A stretch of DNA of 64,000 nucleotides, taken from Brevinema andersonii (GTDB taxonomy: Bacteria > Spirochaetota > DYKD01). Position 1 is the stretch's first letter. Each line of letters begins with the position of its first letter. The position numbers and the translations under genes are program-made. Below, piece by piece: positions 1 to 10,700 of the stretch. The notes below the pieces were generated by a model, which was not told the origin of the DNA, ran no database searches, and saw nothing but the letters and a program-made list of their open reading frames with translations. The stretch covers positions 2,025-66,024 of the forward strand of contig DYKD01000001.1 of assembly GCA_020722765.1 (NCBI GenBank), read 5' to 3'.

Positions 1-111
1 ATATATTAAACTCCCCTGCCCTATTCGTCAAGTTTTACAAATTCATTTTCAGGCATTTACCCTTAATTTTTTTCATATCCGAGAAAAGAATCAAAAGAGA
101 AAAAACGCATG

Positions 112-591
112 TTAACTTAACAATTGGTAAAGTCTTTTGATCGCCATTCTTGCTGTACGATTCCGTATTGCAGCCCTGTTCCCTTTGAATTGATGCTTCT
201 CAACAATAATATCATGAGGCAAAGCATACGCAATAAAGACTGTTCCTACCGGCTTACTCGGGCTTCCGCCACCAGGTCCAGCAATACCTGTTACAGCCAT
301 TGAGACATCGCTATCCATAAGTTTTTTTACTCGTTCAGCCATAGCAAGCGCTGTTTCAGCACTTACAGCACCATGTTTATGCAGGATATCTCTAGGCACC
401 GAAAGAGTTTTCATTTTAATTTCTTCAGCATAAGATATGACCGAACCCAGAAAGTACTTCGAACTTCCCGCATTGTCAGTTATTTTTTTTGATATCAATC
501 CACCCGTACAGGATTCAGCACAAGAGAAAGAAAGATCCCTTTGAAGCAACAACGCATGAAGCTTTTTTACAGGATTAAAAATCATAACCAA
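112..591 (-). CDS. pncC: CinA C-terminal-domain protein (PncC-type NMN amidohydrolase family), standalone 159 aa
   Basis: Translation aligns along its full length to E. coli YgaD/PncC (AESCTGG...ITD.AGSS...HGAVS...AVSISGIAGP.GGS..KP.GTV). The upstream sequence is the end of another gene, so no MocF-like N-domain is fused. Confidence 0.7.
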   Translation of the reverse strand: MVMIFNPVKKLHALLLQRDLSFSCAESCTGGLISKKITDNAGSSKYFLGSVISYAEEIKMKTLSVPRDILHKHGAVSAETALAMAERVKKLMDSDVSMAVTGIAGPGGGSPSKPVGTVFIAYALPHDIIVEKHQFKGNRAAIRNRTARMAIKRLYQLLS

Positions 592-3466
592 TACTCAGGT
601 AACTTCTCCATTTTTCCAAAGGCAGGATGGAGTGGCCATCATAGGGTGTGGCATAATCAAAAATAATCTTCATATAGTTGAAAAAATTCATCCTAATACC
701 TATTCCAAGGCCACTTTTTATAGAATCGAGATAAAGGATATCTTTGGAATATCTGGCAAAAAGCGTTGTTGTAGGATTATCCCAAACAGAACCGAAATCC
801 CAAAAAAGAACACCCGTCATATTTCTAAGCAACAATGGGATTGGCCATGAAAATCTAATCGCATCAATGAAGGGAAATCTATATTCAAATTTTACCAAGG
901 TCATATTGAGACCTTTAAACACATCATAATTATATCCCCTTATGGAATCAAGTCCGCCTATATAAAACGGTTGATGGATCGCATCTTTACCGACAATAGA
1001 AGCGAAGGTGAGACGCGCTGCGATGGCTGAAGTACGGCTTAAAGGGAAAAAGTGTCTGGCATCAAGATAAATTCTCTGGAATTCCCAAAAATAAGCAGTG
1101 ACTTTCGGAGCAAAATCATACCATAAGGAGAAATAAGATCCTTTAATGAAATAGTTTCCATTGAAAAGAAGGTTATTATATTCATATCCCAGGGAAAAAA
1201 TATAACTATCAGAATAAATATTCTCGGAAGTTCCCTTATCATACTTTTCTTCATAATTCATATATGTGTTTCTTATGGAAAAACCCGAATACCTGGAAAA
1301 AGGATACGAAGCGTTAAGAAGCGCTCCCGTACGTCTTTTAAAATAGATATCATAATTTGTATAACTGTCGATCCAATTGATATAGTAATCTTTTTTATTA
1401 TATGCACCAACACCAATATTCATCCTGAACTTCTGATAAAGATAGAAAAAGTTAAAATTAAGATCATTTTGCTTGGTATAAAAATTCCCATCAACCTGGA
1501 CTCTGTGAGAACCGATCATGTCTGACCCTTCAAAATAGACAGAACCAAGGAACTGGGAATAATCCGAATAACCTAGATACATATTTACAAAATCAGGAGA
1601 GAACCTGCATTTTGCCTTATCCATCCGGTCTGAAGCCGGTGAATATATGGATTGTGGCAATGACTGGAAATAGTTAGTTGCAGAAGAAAACAAGGTTTTA
1701 AGCGGATGGCTAATTACGGGAGCATTCGTCAAATCCAATATGCAGATATCTTGGCCTACTTTATTATAAAAAGCAAAAACAAGCTTGTCGCTCTTAGGAG
1801 ACCAGGAGGGATCCATGGCTCCACCAATGACATCTGTTAACTGTTTTTCAGAAGCATCCTTCAAATCATGAAGGAAAATATTAGGGATACCGTTTACGTA
1901 AGAGACGTAGGCCATTTTTTTGCCATCAGGAGAGACCTCAGGAGAGCTTTTTAAGTGAGGACTAAAAATGACTTTACTTAACCCGGTTCCATCAGGGAAA
2001 ATGCAAAAAATATCATATTGATCAGCCCAAATGCTTTTGTCACGGTTGGATACAAAATAAATCTTGTCGTCAACAGCCCAAAAAGGCTGGCCATCAAAGA
2101 ACTCGTCCTCAAAAAGCCTGACCATACTTCCATCTTCAATTCTTATGACATAAAGATCTGTCTTCCCTTTTTTCGTGCCACTGAACACGATTTGGGAGGA
2201 ATCAGGGGAGAAAGCACCTGAAAAGATCCTGTCCATACCTGGGGAGAGGACCTTATGAATCTTCTTTTTCTTCAAATCATAGATATTCAGCCTATCCTGT
2301 GCACCACTGGTGGATACAAAAAGAAGAAATCTACCATTGGATGAAATACAAAGCTTATTGACTTCTGAATGGAGCTCTTCAAACTTAGTACTGGTTGTCC
2401 CTCTAATCACGGTTTTCCTGAATTCTGGTTCTTTTAGATCAACAGAAACAATTTCATTGACAAGCTTCCCATCCGTGAAAAAAAAGACATTTTGCCCGTC
2501 TTTAGAGAAAACAGGCTTCGTATTTCTGAAGGAACCATCATCAAAATGGTGGGTCAAAAATTTGAATTGGGAATCCCAAATTTCCTTATAGGCAATATCC
2601 GGCAAATACTTTTTTTCAAGAAAAAGAGACCATTCCTTGCTGAGAGATTCCAGCCCTTTGCCTACAACAGAATTGAGCGAAGCGTTCATATCCCTTGAAA
2701 GCCGGAAATGTTTTAAAAGCTCACCCACTTTTTCGGGGCCATATTTATCAGCAATATAATTAAAGAAATCCTGCCCCCCCTTATAAACGAAATAATATTT
2801 GTAAGGAGGAAGAGACCCAAGGTTGTCCAATTCCATCAAAGTCGGCATCATCTTGTTAAGGACAGCATCACGGATGATCATATCCGTAGCCTTGTCCTTT
2901 CCAAGAGAAAAATATTCAGCAAGACCTTCCATGAACCAAAGAGGTGCAGAAAAAAGAAACGGTCTCATGAAAAGGGATTCCCAGAAATCCCCATAAAACA
3001 CATTATATTGGAAAGCATGTACGAGTTCATGCATGATAACATGACGGAAATCCTCATAGGATCCAGGGAAAGGGACAACTACCCTGTTTTTAAAAATTTC
3101 TGTAAAGCCCTCCACACCTGAAGGAAGAACCTCATAAGTTATCGTAGTGTTTCTAAAATCATTATGTCCGTTATAGATAAATATCGGGATGACATGAGTC
3201 AATTCAAATTTCATTTGGTCACTGATGATCGCATGGGAGTATTCTGCGATGGAGGCCGCATACCTGGCAACAGACTCATTCCCTTTGTCATAATAAATAT
3301 CAAAATGGGCTGTCTTAAGGATTTGCCAGTCATATACATGATAAGTAACACGATTTGCAGCAAAAAGAGGAATCGTAAGGATAGGAATCAGGAATATTAC
3401 AATCCTGATAATGTGATTACCGGGGGGAGATAATCTTAAATTCATTCTTTTTCCCTGTTGAGCCAC
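575..3466 (-). CDS. Outer-membrane multidomain protein: N-terminal HExxH zinc metallopeptidase-like domain, PD40/TolB-like β-propeller repeats, C-terminal Omp85 (surface antigen D15-type) β-barrel
   Basis: N-terminal hydrophobic signal/anchor. HELVHAFQ motif (gluzincin-like). Repeated SPDG/SPDS/FSPD propeller motifs. C-terminal region carries FYIGGLDSIRGYNYDVF (the Omp85 'GG..RGY' motif) and ends in an aromatic residue (…SIGYDF), typical of an OMP last strand. Exact start uncertain (M at 3466 or the internal M at 3445). Confidence 0.6.
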   Translation of the reverse strand: MAQQGKRMNLRLSPPGNHIIRIVIFLIPILTIPLFAANRVTYHVYDWQILKTAHFDIYYDKGNESVARYAASIAEYSHAIISDQMKFELTHVIPIFIYNGHNDFRNTTITYEVLPSGVEGFTEIFKNRVVVPFPGSYEDFRHVIMHELVHAFQYNVFYGDFWESLFMRPFLFSAPLWFMEGLAEYFSLGKDKATDMIIRDAVLNKMMPTLMELDNLGSLPPYKYYFVYKGGQDFFNYIADKYGPEKVGELLKHFRLSRDMNASLNSVVGKGLESLSKEWSLFLEKKYLPDIAYKEIWDSQFKFLTHHFDDGSFRNTKPVFSKDGQNVFFFTDGKLVNEIVSVDLKEPEFRKTVIRGTTSTKFEELHSEVNKLCISSNGRFLLFVSTSGAQDRLNIYDLKKKKIHKVLSPGMDRIFSGAFSPDSSQIVFSGTKKGKTDLYVIRIEDGSMVRLFEDEFFDGQPFWAVDDKIYFVSNRDKSIWADQYDIFCIFPDGTGLSKVIFSPHLKSSPEVSPDGKKMAYVSYVNGIPNIFLHDLKDASEKQLTDVIGGAMDPSWSPKSDKLVFAFYNKVGQDICILDLTNAPVISHPLKTLFSSATNYFQSLPQSIYSPASDRMDKAKCRFSPDFVNMYLGYSDYSQFLGSVYFEGSDMIGSHRVQVDGNFYTKQNDLNFNFFYLYQKFRMNIGVGAYNKKDYYINWIDSYTNYDIYFKRRTGALLNASYPFSRYSGFSIRNTYMNYEEKYDKGTSENIYSDSYIFSLGYEYNNLLFNGNYFIKGSYFSLWYDFAPKVTAYFWEFQRIYLDARHFFPLSRTSAIAARLTFASIVGKDAIHQPFYIGGLDSIRGYNYDVFKGLNMTLVKFEYRFPFIDAIRFSWPIPLLLRNMTGVLFWDFGSVWDNPTTTLFARYSKDILYLDSIKSGLGIGIRMNFFNYMKIIFDYATPYDGHSILPLEKWRSYLSIGYDF

Positions 3467-4502
3467 CCGAATACTGTTGAAAGTCCATCTTCCTTATCTT
3501 ATTCCTCAAATCCTCTTTCTCATTCTTCATTTCACTGACAAGATCAGAAAGAGTATAAACGTTATGAAGGGCTTTTTGGGAATAACCAAGCAGTTCATCC
3601 GTTGTGCCTTTGAGCTTGTCATCCTCAACCTTACGGAGAGATTCAATACGTGCACGGATGAAGAAATAAACAACTAAAAGAAGAAGAATGGCATTAACGA
3701 AAACAAGTATCTGCATCAATAGATTGAAAGACCTAATCATAACAATGGTTTGAATGTTTTCTATGGAATCCTGCGCAGAAAATGAGATATATTTTTTCTT
3801 TGTAATGAAAACATCCTTGAACCCGGGCCTATCCAGTTCGTTAAGAACCTTATCATCCGTAATGGACAATGATGCTGGTGCCATAAAAACAATTTTGCCA
3901 TTTTGGGAAAGAAACAAGGCAAAGTCATCACCTAACGAAAGTTTTTCCAGAAATGCATCCAGGGTTGTAAAGAGCCTCACATAACCTATGCCCAAACCAA
4001 ACGCATTATAAAGGGGGGCAGTGACAGAAAGCATGTACTGGTTATATTCCTTCATATAAAAAATGCCATAAACAGGTTTATTTAACTGGAAAAGGGAATA
4101 AGCATTCATTGACCCCATTACAGAGTAATCGGTTGAAAGGAAGAGTTTTCCGGATTTATCATAAAGGGATAGCAGTTTGACACCAGGAAAACTGTCTTTC
4201 AGATAATTGAGATGTTTTTGAAGTAAAGTGACATCACTATTCAAAACATATTGAAGCAGGCTTGCCTTGACGATATTATCACTGGAAATAGAAGAATAGA
4301 TGCTATTCTGAAGCTGTATGAACTGTCTAAAATGGGAAACCACTTCATGATATTTTCGTTCAAGACGTTCATTATTCATCTTTGTCAACATTGTAATTGG
4401 CAAAACCAGAGAGAGGATAAAAAGCATAAGCAAAAATAAAAAAATGTTTCTGTTCAGGTTCTTGTCCATTTCTACTTCTTCAAAGTATCGTGTATACGAC
4501 AC
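3417..4502 (-). CDS. Membrane sensor-like protein (TM – ~230 aa extracytoplasmic domain – TM – short coiled-coil tail), no output domain
   Basis: Two hydrophobic helices (IFLFLLMLFILSLVLPITML and LMQILVFVNAILLLLVVYFFI) flank a soluble domain. C-terminal K/E-rich helix. Overlaps both neighbours, suggesting translational coupling. Confidence 0.5.
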   Translation of the reverse strand: MSYTRYFEEVEMDKNLNRNIFLFLLMLFILSLVLPITMLTKMNNERLERKYHEVVSHFRQFIQLQNSIYSSISSDNIVKASLLQYVLNSDVTLLQKHLNYLKDSFPGVKLLSLYDKSGKLFLSTDYSVMGSMNAYSLFQLNKPVYGIFYMKEYNQYMLSVTAPLYNAFGLGIGYVRLFTTLDAFLEKLSLGDDFALFLSQNGKIVFMAPASLSITDDKVLNELDRPGFKDVFITKKKYISFSAQDSIENIQTIVMIRSFNLLMQILVFVNAILLLLVVYFFIRARIESLRKVEDDKLKGTTDELLGYSQKALHNVYTLSDLVSEMKNEKEDLRNKIRKMDFQQYSGGSTGKKNEFKIISPR

Positions 4503-7500
4503 CGGATTGACCTATCTGCCCGATGACAATATTTTTGTATTTATTTGATGCCTTCATGTTCTTATAGGTTGACAGGTCTCCTGCGCGTCCTTTGATAAGG
4601 ACAACCATCACATCTCCCACCAAAGCAGAAGATCTCGTACTTGGCTGGACCGTCCTGTTCATGGAAGCAAACTCAACAAACTTGTTGAAATAGTCATTTA
4701 AATCAGCAGAACTGCCAAGGGCATTATAAGACATTGCTATGGCATTGACAGCCTGCATTTCAGCATCAAAAATACTATACTGGTTCAATAACTTTACCAT
4801 GCTTTTGGATGGCATGAGCAAGGATTTCCGCCTGTTTATCACAGAAGGTTCCAAGACATCATTAAGTGCGGATATCAGGGAGACATAGCTAGGGCTTCCA
4901 AGATAATATCTTGAAAGTTCAAGAAGCGTATCTCCTTCTTTTTGGTCGAAAGGAGCAAAGAAAACCGCTTTTTCAGATGGAGAGGTCACACGCCGTGGAC
5001 CAGACCGAACTACAGCCATAGGAACATAAACTTTTTTCTCAGCTTTCAGACGTTCAATTTCTTGTTGCAATCTTGCGATCTGAGCCTTTAATTCAGGATC
5101 TCCTGCCTGAGAAACCTGGATCAAATCAGCTTCTGATGCAGTCACTTGAGGTATCAATTTCACAGGAATCTTAATAGATGTCTCGTTTTTAGCTAGATCC
5201 ATAACACTCAAAGTAAGATTGTTTTCCCCAGCATTCAAAGGGACTTGCACTTTGAAAGTTTTATCAGTAGGATTGAACTGCCCTGCAATATTTCCTGGAG
5301 TCACCACAACCCTATCAAAATTCCTGTCTTCGATGGTTCCCTTTATGATCAATGGCGTAGCATTTACGACAGGAGGGATAGAGTCTATTTTGATCTTGGG
5401 GGGAGTGTCATCAAAAAAGAGTATGACATCTTTTTTCATGGTTCCACCCATCTTATCAGAAAGGACTATCTGATATTCATGCTTGTCTTTTGTTACTGGC
5501 GCATAGACCTGAAAAGTATTACTCTTGAAATCAACTGATGCCCGGATATTTCCTGGCATCAAAACAATATCCTTAAGATTTGGCTCAGAAAAACGTCCTG
5601 TAAGAAGAGCCCTTTTTAGTGAGGTATATCTGTTATAGTCATTTAATGAAAACTTTGATACTTCAGTGGAATAATAAATGTTAAAAACGTCAAAACTTTT
5701 CTGATTGCTATTGTTGACAATATAAGCGGTCAGGATGTTCTCTCCTTCCTTAAGATCCAGCTTTGCAGAAAAAGCCTGTTTGACAATATCAGGAGTTGCC
5801 CGGATATAACCTTCGGCACGATTATTTGTGATGATGATTTCCTTAAGATTTTTCTCGGAAAAAGTACCTGTCAAGAAATAAGAAGCCTCATTAACCTTGT
5901 TATTGCTTTTATTCATGACAACAACCGGACCACCACCAGAATAGACAATAGGTTTCAAATTATACGTTGTCTTATTACCAACCATATCGTACGCATCCAA
6001 GGAGAACCTGTTTTCTCCCTGGACAAGTGTTATTGTAGGTTTAAAATCATATATATAGTTCTTATCTGGCACCGGAGTAAAAGTGACTTCAATATTTCCT
6101 GGATTCAAGACAAGCCTGTTCAAAGAATAATCTCTGACCTGACCCACAATCCCTACTGATGCTGTAACAGGTTTATCTGGAATAGATACAGCAATAAATT
6201 CAGGTTTATCGGTATCATATATGGTGGTTCTTGCAATTGTTGTTTTTTGACCTGCAATGTCTTCAGCAGTGACTTCCACCTTGTTCATACCACCTCTTAA
6301 AGTGATCGGTGCAGAAAACGACCGTTTTACCCTATCAATCTCTCCTCCACCAAGCAGTTCCCCATTATTGGCAATTGTAATTCGAATCAGATTCATCTCA
6401 TTGTAACGTCCTGAAATAACAAACTCAGGGTCTTTTACCGAATCAGGAATCTCATCAAGAGTAATTGTGGGAGGAACTGTATCAACAATAACTGGCAAGT
6501 TGGCAAAATTCACATTATTAGCCTTGTCTTTCACTGTCAGACGGATATAATAGGTTCCATTGATCAGACGCGACACATCAAAAACAGCTAACTTATCATT
6601 TAAAACCTTTACAGAAGATGCCGGGCTCATCCCCGCAGTGGAATAGTCATTGAGTATTTCAGACTTAGAATCTATGACGAATGAGGCAATATCCTGGAAA
6701 CTATAGGATGTACCAAGAATCTCAATAATACCTGCTTTCGAATATGAAGTCAAAGGGCTGAGATACGCTTCTGGTATAACCTTATCCATACGTGCAATTC
6801 CACCACCATCAGTGGCAAACCATACAAAATTACCGTTAATGGCAATATCTCCGACAGAATCTTCAGGAAGCCCGGTAGCCGCAGAAAAAATATCCCACTT
6901 TCCAGCAACTTTATCGAACTTATTAACTCCTGCAAAAGTACCAATCCAAAGGATTTTTCCGTCAATCGTCAAACACTGGATATTATCATCAACCAGACCA
7001 GCAGATGTATTATAATTCTGAAAGGAATCATCAAGCTTGTTAAGACGTGAAAGTCCCCCTCCCATTGTACCGGCCCATATAAATTCTCCATCAACAGCAA
7101 TGGAACTGACCTTATTGAAGGCCAACCCATCCTGAGGCAAATAGCTTTTCCAAAAATCAATACTTTTGTCATAAGCAGAAAGTCCATCATCGGTAGCGGC
7201 CCAGATGTATTGTCCGTCAAGAGCTAGAGCGTTTACATTGTTTCCAGCCAGTCCATTCAGTACAGAATAACCTTTCCACCGGCTGGTAGTCGGATCAAAA
7301 AGCAAGACACCCCATCTCCGTGTTGCAATCCAGATCTGAGAACCGTCAACAACAATATCAGTGACATAGTTATCAGGTAATTTCTTATTAAGGTCGTATA
7401 AATCGAAATTCTTGACAGAATAATCCTTCTTACTGACCATGGACAGTCCATTAGGAGTCCCTACCCATATATTATTCTGGTCATAGGATATAGCTGTAAT

Positions 7501-7767
7501 ATAATTATCACGGAGTCCTTCTACCTTTACAACCTTGTCATCCTTGATGTTGTAGATATTCAGCTTGTCCGCTGTACCTACATAAATGAAATTACCATCG
7601 ATTTTTATCTTTTTGACAAACCTATGCGATATCTTGTTATCTGTTACAACAAAAAAATCTCCTGCAGCTTTGATATAATTATAGCTCATGACAAATACAA
7701 ATCCTACAAGTATGAGAAAGAAAATCAGGATATTGGAAATGATATGCAAGGAGCGTTTCATTGTCAT
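4480..7767 (-). CDS. Periplasmic/surface protein with N-terminal TM anchor, two-component-regulator-type β-propeller repeats, Ig-like domains, coiled coil and LysM-like segment
   Basis: N-terminal hydrophobic helix. Multiple '(I/F)W(I/V/A)(G/A)T' repeats (IWVGT, IWIATRR, IWAATDDG, IWAGTMGG, LWIGTFAG, VWFATDGG), typical of the Reg_prop β-propeller. Middle region of Ig-like β-rich repeats (PVT/TVT motifs). LKAQIARLQQEIERLKAEKK coiled coil. GDTLLELSRYYLGSPSYVSLISALNDV resembles LysM. Confidence 0.6.
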   Translation of the reverse strand: MTMKRSLHIISNILIFFLILVGFVFVMSYNYIKAAGDFFVVTDNKISHRFVKKIKIDGNFIYVGTADKLNIYNIKDDKVVKVEGLRDNYITAISYDQNNIWVGTPNGLSMVSKKDYSVKNFDLYDLNKKLPDNYVTDIVVDGSQIWIATRRWGVLLFDPTTSRWKGYSVLNGLAGNNVNALALDGQYIWAATDDGLSAYDKSIDFWKSYLPQDGLAFNKVSSIAVDGEFIWAGTMGGGLSRLNKLDDSFQNYNTSAGLVDDNIQCLTIDGKILWIGTFAGVNKFDKVAGKWDIFSAATGLPEDSVGDIAINGNFVWFATDGGGIARMDKVIPEAYLSPLTSYSKAGIIEILGTSYSFQDIASFVIDSKSEILNDYSTAGMSPASSVKVLNDKLAVFDVSRLINGTYYIRLTVKDKANNVNFANLPVIVDTVPPTITLDEIPDSVKDPEFVISGRYNEMNLIRITIANNGELLGGGEIDRVKRSFSAPITLRGGMNKVEVTAEDIAGQKTTIARTTIYDTDKPEFIAVSIPDKPVTASVGIVGQVRDYSLNRLVLNPGNIEVTFTPVPDKNYIYDFKPTITLVQGENRFSLDAYDMVGNKTTYNLKPIVYSGGGPVVVMNKSNNKVNEASYFLTGTFSEKNLKEIIITNNRAEGYIRATPDIVKQAFSAKLDLKEGENILTAYIVNNSNQKSFDVFNIYYSTEVSKFSLNDYNRYTSLKRALLTGRFSEPNLKDIVLMPGNIRASVDFKSNTFQVYAPVTKDKHEYQIVLSDKMGGTMKKDVILFFDDTPPKIKIDSIPPVVNATPLIIKGTIEDRNFDRVVVTPGNIAGQFNPTDKTFKVQVPLNAGENNLTLSVMDLAKNETSIKIPVKLIPQVTASEADLIQVSQAGDPELKAQIARLQQEIERLKAEKKVYVPMAVVRSGPRRVTSPSEKAVFFAPFDQKEGDTLLELSRYYLGSPSYVSLISALNDVLEPSVINRRKSLLMPSKSMVKLLNQYSIFDAEMQAVNAIAMSYNALGSSADLNDYFNKFVEFASMNRTVQPSTRSSALVGDVMVVLIKGRAGDLSTYKNMKASNKYKNIVIGQIGQSGVVYTIL

Positions 7768-10700
7768 TGTGCCTTTTTCAACTGTTCTAACTTATATTTT
7801 GCACGCTGGATATATTTCTTAGCCTGGTCATCGTTAGGGAACATCTGAAGGACCTTTTCCCACTGTGCGATAGCTTCCTCCAACTGATCATTTCTGTACA
7901 ACCGAATCCCTTCAAACATGTACTTCTGGGCTTCATCCTTGTTTCTGGCAGAATTAGCCTGCTCGAGTTTTGCCTTTTCACGAAGGGCCCTTTCACGGAG
8001 GGAGAAAGCATCCTTATAGGGATTTCTTAAGTCAAGTACTTTGTTGAATTCCTGGACCGCTAACCCATATTTTTGCTGATTAAAATAGTCAGATCCTCTG
8101 CCATAAAAATTCTTTGCCTGATTCTCGATTTGTGCTGTGACTTCATTGAGTTTTGCGGACGCAGCCTTATTATCAGGGGTTGCGTTCTTGACAGCTTGAA
8201 GACGGCTTTCCGCTCTTCGTAACTGCCCATCATCTATATAATTAAGAGCTTCCTGATACCACTGCTGGGCCTGTTTCCGACCTTCTGCAATGGATTGGTC
8301 ATATTTGTTTTTTGCATAATTGTCTTTTTCATTAAGTTTCATTATTTGCCCGAAAATTTCAGCGGAATCCGCATACTGACCATCATTGAAAGCCGTATTT
8401 CCACGGTTAAGGAAATCATTGGCAGTCTGTGCTAACGCACGACGTTCCAAAATATCCTCATTTCCAGCATCATACTTGAGGACTTCGTTAAAAGCGGTGA
8501 TTGAATCCAGATATTTACCAGAATCAAAAGAACTGATCCCTTTCGACCGGTTATCATTGATGATGTTATTGATGGATGTATTGACACGTGCGAGAAACTC
8601 CTTAGGCTTGTCATAACGAGGATCTATCTCAATAGCTTTTTTGAAATTTGTCCTTGCTGTAAGAAGATCACCTTTTTTGAAAGCTTCGACACCTATGTTA
8701 TAGTTCTTATTCCCGATTTCCTGCTGCTGGCGTTTCGCATATTCAATGTATTTATCAACAAACTCATTGTTTGGGTCAACGGTCTTGATATCAGTCCATA
8801 TCTTTATGGCTTCATCATATCTTCTGTTCTTAAAGGCAATAATACCTTCTGTAAATTTGGAAGCAATCATCTCTTCCTTGTTGATTTTTGCCATGTTTTC
8901 ATCTGCAAGTTTCATCTGAACGGCAGCCTCTTTCCCTTCAGCTGAATTAGGATCAAGTTCAACAGCAAGTTGGAAGAATTTTTTTGCAGTCTCATAATCA
9001 CGATTGATAAAATAATCCTTACCCTTGTTCAGGTGTTCCTGTTGCATATAAAGGCTCTTGTTTTTCTCATAGAACTCTTCAGCACGGGCAATATATTCCC
9101 TGGCAGTCTGATAATCAGGATCGATATCCAGGACTTTTTTGAAACTGTCAATCGCCTTTACATATTCTTTGGCATTAAACCGGTCAATACCCTGTTTCAT
9201 ATTCTGATCGGTCTTTTCCTTCAACCTATTACGACATTTTTCAATCCCGGATTTCGCAATAGTGTTACCTGGGTCCAAAAGGAGTGTCTGCCTGTATTCC
9301 TTAAGCGCTTCCGAAAATCTGTCTTGTTTGAAAAAGCTGTCCCCCTGGTTATTATACAAGGCAATCGAATCCTTAACAAGCGCATTAGCCCTATTTAAAA
9401 ATTCCTTGGCGATAGCATTATTTTCATCAATTTCCAGGACTTTTCTGAAATTCTGAATAGCATCACCCAAGCGATTATCACGCAATGCCACCTTACCTGC
9501 CTCAAGCGGGGTATCAATAAGGCTTGCATATTCCTGTTGCACTTTTTCAAGATACTGCTGGGCCTCCTTATAATCAGGAAAGGTATTTACAGCGCGTTCA
9601 AATTCAACTGATGCAAGTTTCAATTTCTTGTTTTGATAGTAGGCAAGTCCGTTCTTAAAATAGTTTTCAGCATCTTTCTTACGTTCCCCTATTGACTTGC
9701 TCTCTTTCTGGTTCTTGCGCGCACTTTCAAGATATTGAAGAACATTAGTACTATCGGAAACAATCGATAATGACTTCTGGAAACTGACTATCGCATCATC
9801 CCACTTCTCCTCACGATAAGACATAAGCCCTTCTTCAAACAGCGCTTTAGCATCCGCTTGGCGTTGCTCTTCCTTCTCTTCTGCCGCAAAAACATCACGC
9901 AACTGAAGTTCATTCTTGGCCTTCAGTTCCAAAGAAGGCTTATGTTCAGGATTCAAAGCCAGTGCCGTATTGACCTTTGCTAATGATTCCCTGTATCGGC
10001 CAATCTTATTGAACGCAAGTGCCTCATTATAATAATTCCTCACATCTTTCTCAGTCTGTTTTTTCAAGGTCTCAATTTCAGCGATAGCTTCCTTGTTTTC
10101 AGGATTCACATTCAAAACATCGCGATAGGCCTGTATGGCACCACCGAAATCACTTTGATCCTGAAGCTGTTTTGCTTTTGCAAGGTTAAATTTGATGAGT
10201 TGCCTTTCTTCATCAGACATCCATTGCTCTGAAGCCAGATATCTCCTGCAATTATCAATATAATACTGGGCAGTAGGATCATTGCGAATCTCAAGAACTT
10301 TCTGGAAATATTTCATGGCATTGCGATAATCCCTGTTATTATAAAAGACAGTCCCTTTATAGAAAAAATCAAGTTCGGCTCCGGCCGTTGTTGATTCTTT
10401 AAGTTTATAAATCAGTGAAAGTTGGAAATCACTGTTATCCATAGCCGTCTGGTTCATACTCGAACAGAATTTGATATCCTTGACGTTCAGGGAAATCCCT
10501 CCGGAAAAATGCATATTACGGATACCACCGAGCACACTCAAATAATCAAAGACATTGATCTGCAATCCAGCAGACCAGTTCAGTTGGGAAGCGTTAAAAT
10601 CATCCAAAATCAACTTACTTGCATCTGCAAGAATATCAATCCTATTTTTCAAAAAAGTCAGTTTAACACCAGTCAGTAGATTGATCGGGATACCCATATC

